Notes under the pieces: model-generated
What the model saw: only the letters and a program-made list of their open reading frames with translations
Told to the model about the DNA's origin: nothing
The model's database searches: none
Translations under genes and position numbers: made by a program
Shown: piece by piece, positions 63,006 to 64,000 of the stretch
How positions within the stretch are numbered: the stretch's first letter is position 1
Layout: each line of letters opens with the position of its first letter
Origin: Somniosus microcephalus
Taxonomy: Eukaryota
Reading direction: 5' to 3'
NCBI GenBank assembly: GCA_052327205.1
Contig: CM126204.1
Location: forward strand, 73,408,001 to 73,472,000
DNA: 64,000 nt

Positions 63006-64000
63006 TGTAGTGTATGTACCTTTAAGGGGAGAACTACTTTTTACAGGTCCTGTATACTGTAGTACCGGCAGTGACCACACTTGTATATAACCCTGAGTAG
63101 GGATCTGTACTGTTTAGTTTTAGAGCAACCCTCATCCAGTAAACACCTGTTGATTGTTCCTCTGCAGTCTCTGTCGATTATTTGAAGGACCACTACCTAA
63201 AGATTCACGGATTTAACATTGGCGACGAGTTGTTTCGAACCTACCTGCAACTCTGAAGAAGGAGGCCGATTCCACCAGTGCGGGCGTCGACCATCCAGGG
63301 AGGACTTGAGCATCGCAGAGGAGGCTATAGAGAGCTGGGCTTGGTTCTCCAGTCGCGACGATCCAGCGCAGCGGGCTGGCAGCAGGTATGGCGCAGACCC
63401 TTCCCGGACAGCGGCGGCGGGAGCCGACCGACGGCACAGAAAAAGGCCGAGCAGCGTCGACGGGTAAGAGAGAGGGTGAAGCGCACAGGGCGCAGCCGGG
63501 GTTGAAGACCGAGCGGCGTCAACGAGAGAGGATGAAGCGCGCAGGGCGCAGCCGGGGTTGAACACCGAGCGGCGTCAATGAGAGAGGCGTGCAGGAAAAC
63601 GCGCAGAGCGCGGCCGGTGTCAAGGGCTGACAGCGTCCGCGGAGGAAGAAAAGAAAGCGCGGGAGACACCATTTGGGCCGCAGCGGAGAAGAAAGGGAAG
63701 CGCGGGAGACGCCATTTTGAGCCAGCGGAGAAGAAGGGAGAGCACGGGAGACGCCATTTTGAGCCAGCGGAGAAGAAGGGAGAGCACGGGAGATGCCATT
63801 TTTAGCCAGTCTAACCACACCCAGGGATGCAGAAGAGTGGCAGGGTCACAGCGTTCGACAATGAAGTCGAAGATTGGGCGACATATGTAGAACGCATAGA
63901 AGTGTACTGCAAGGCGAATGAAGTGCCAGATGCCAGGAAAGCACTGGTATTGTTGAATTCCATGGGTGCAAAAACGTACGGCTTACTGCGAAACCTAGTC
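63006..64000 (+). mobile_element. Gypsy family G1, 5' portion (right copy); continues beyond window
   Basis: LTR 63006-63218 (TG...CA), PBS TTGGCGACGAG at 63219, repeat leader, gag. Confidence 0.92.
63827..64000 (+). CDS. gag: Gypsy G1 gag N-terminus (open to window edge; functionality unknown)
   Basis: Manual translation MQKSGRVTAFDNEVEDWATYVERIEVYCKANEVPDARKALVLLNSMGAKTYGLLRNLV. Confidence 0.75.
   Translation, partial: MQKSGRVTAFDNEVEDWATYVERIEVYCKANEVPDARKALVLLNSMGAKTYGLLRNLV

Noticed and set aside
63310-63360. EAIESWAWFSSR resembling a duplicated gag start (NEVEDWATYVER)
   Set aside because: Too short, nucleotide similarity is weak, and the Trp and Phe are not kept in the left copy
63660-63810. 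CRISPR-like repeat array
   Set aside because: Head-to-tail repeats without unique spacers, eukaryotic LTR context, no cas genes

Overview
Eukaryotic, repeat-dominated DNA, most likely intergenic or intronic sequence from a shark or other cartilaginous fish. That assignment is inferred from the repeat repertoire: CR1 LINEs with octamer tails, a tRNA/L2-tailed SINE resembling SacSINE1, and Penelope remnants. No intact host gene is recognisable, and the ORFs I can interpret are transposon fragments or shadows of GC-rich repeats. Contents: about 15 CR1 pieces, many of them nested; a second CR1-group LINE family; L2 and RTE relics; three SINEs; two complete but decayed Gypsy/Ty3 LTR retrotransposons (17128-22876 +, 41958-46653 -); the 5' ends of two copies of a third Gypsy family pointing outward at the window edges; two long solo LTRs; four Penelope remnants carrying minimal hammerhead ribozyme motifs; and about ten non-autonomous TIR elements with 3-bp TSDs, several packed with internal hairpins. 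Most notable: (1) the Gypsy at 17128 has no TGG tRNA primer site but a perfect 13-nt complement to its own LTR, suggesting self-priming or poly(A) masking, and its RT motif is YLDN; (2) the edge Gypsy family has a tandem-repeat leader with YY1-type motifs and an extended tRNA-Ser primer site; (3) the hairpin-array MITEs; (4) the covarying hammerheads. All coordinates were read by eye. TSD-bounded ends should be close to exact; ends of old fragments are approximate.
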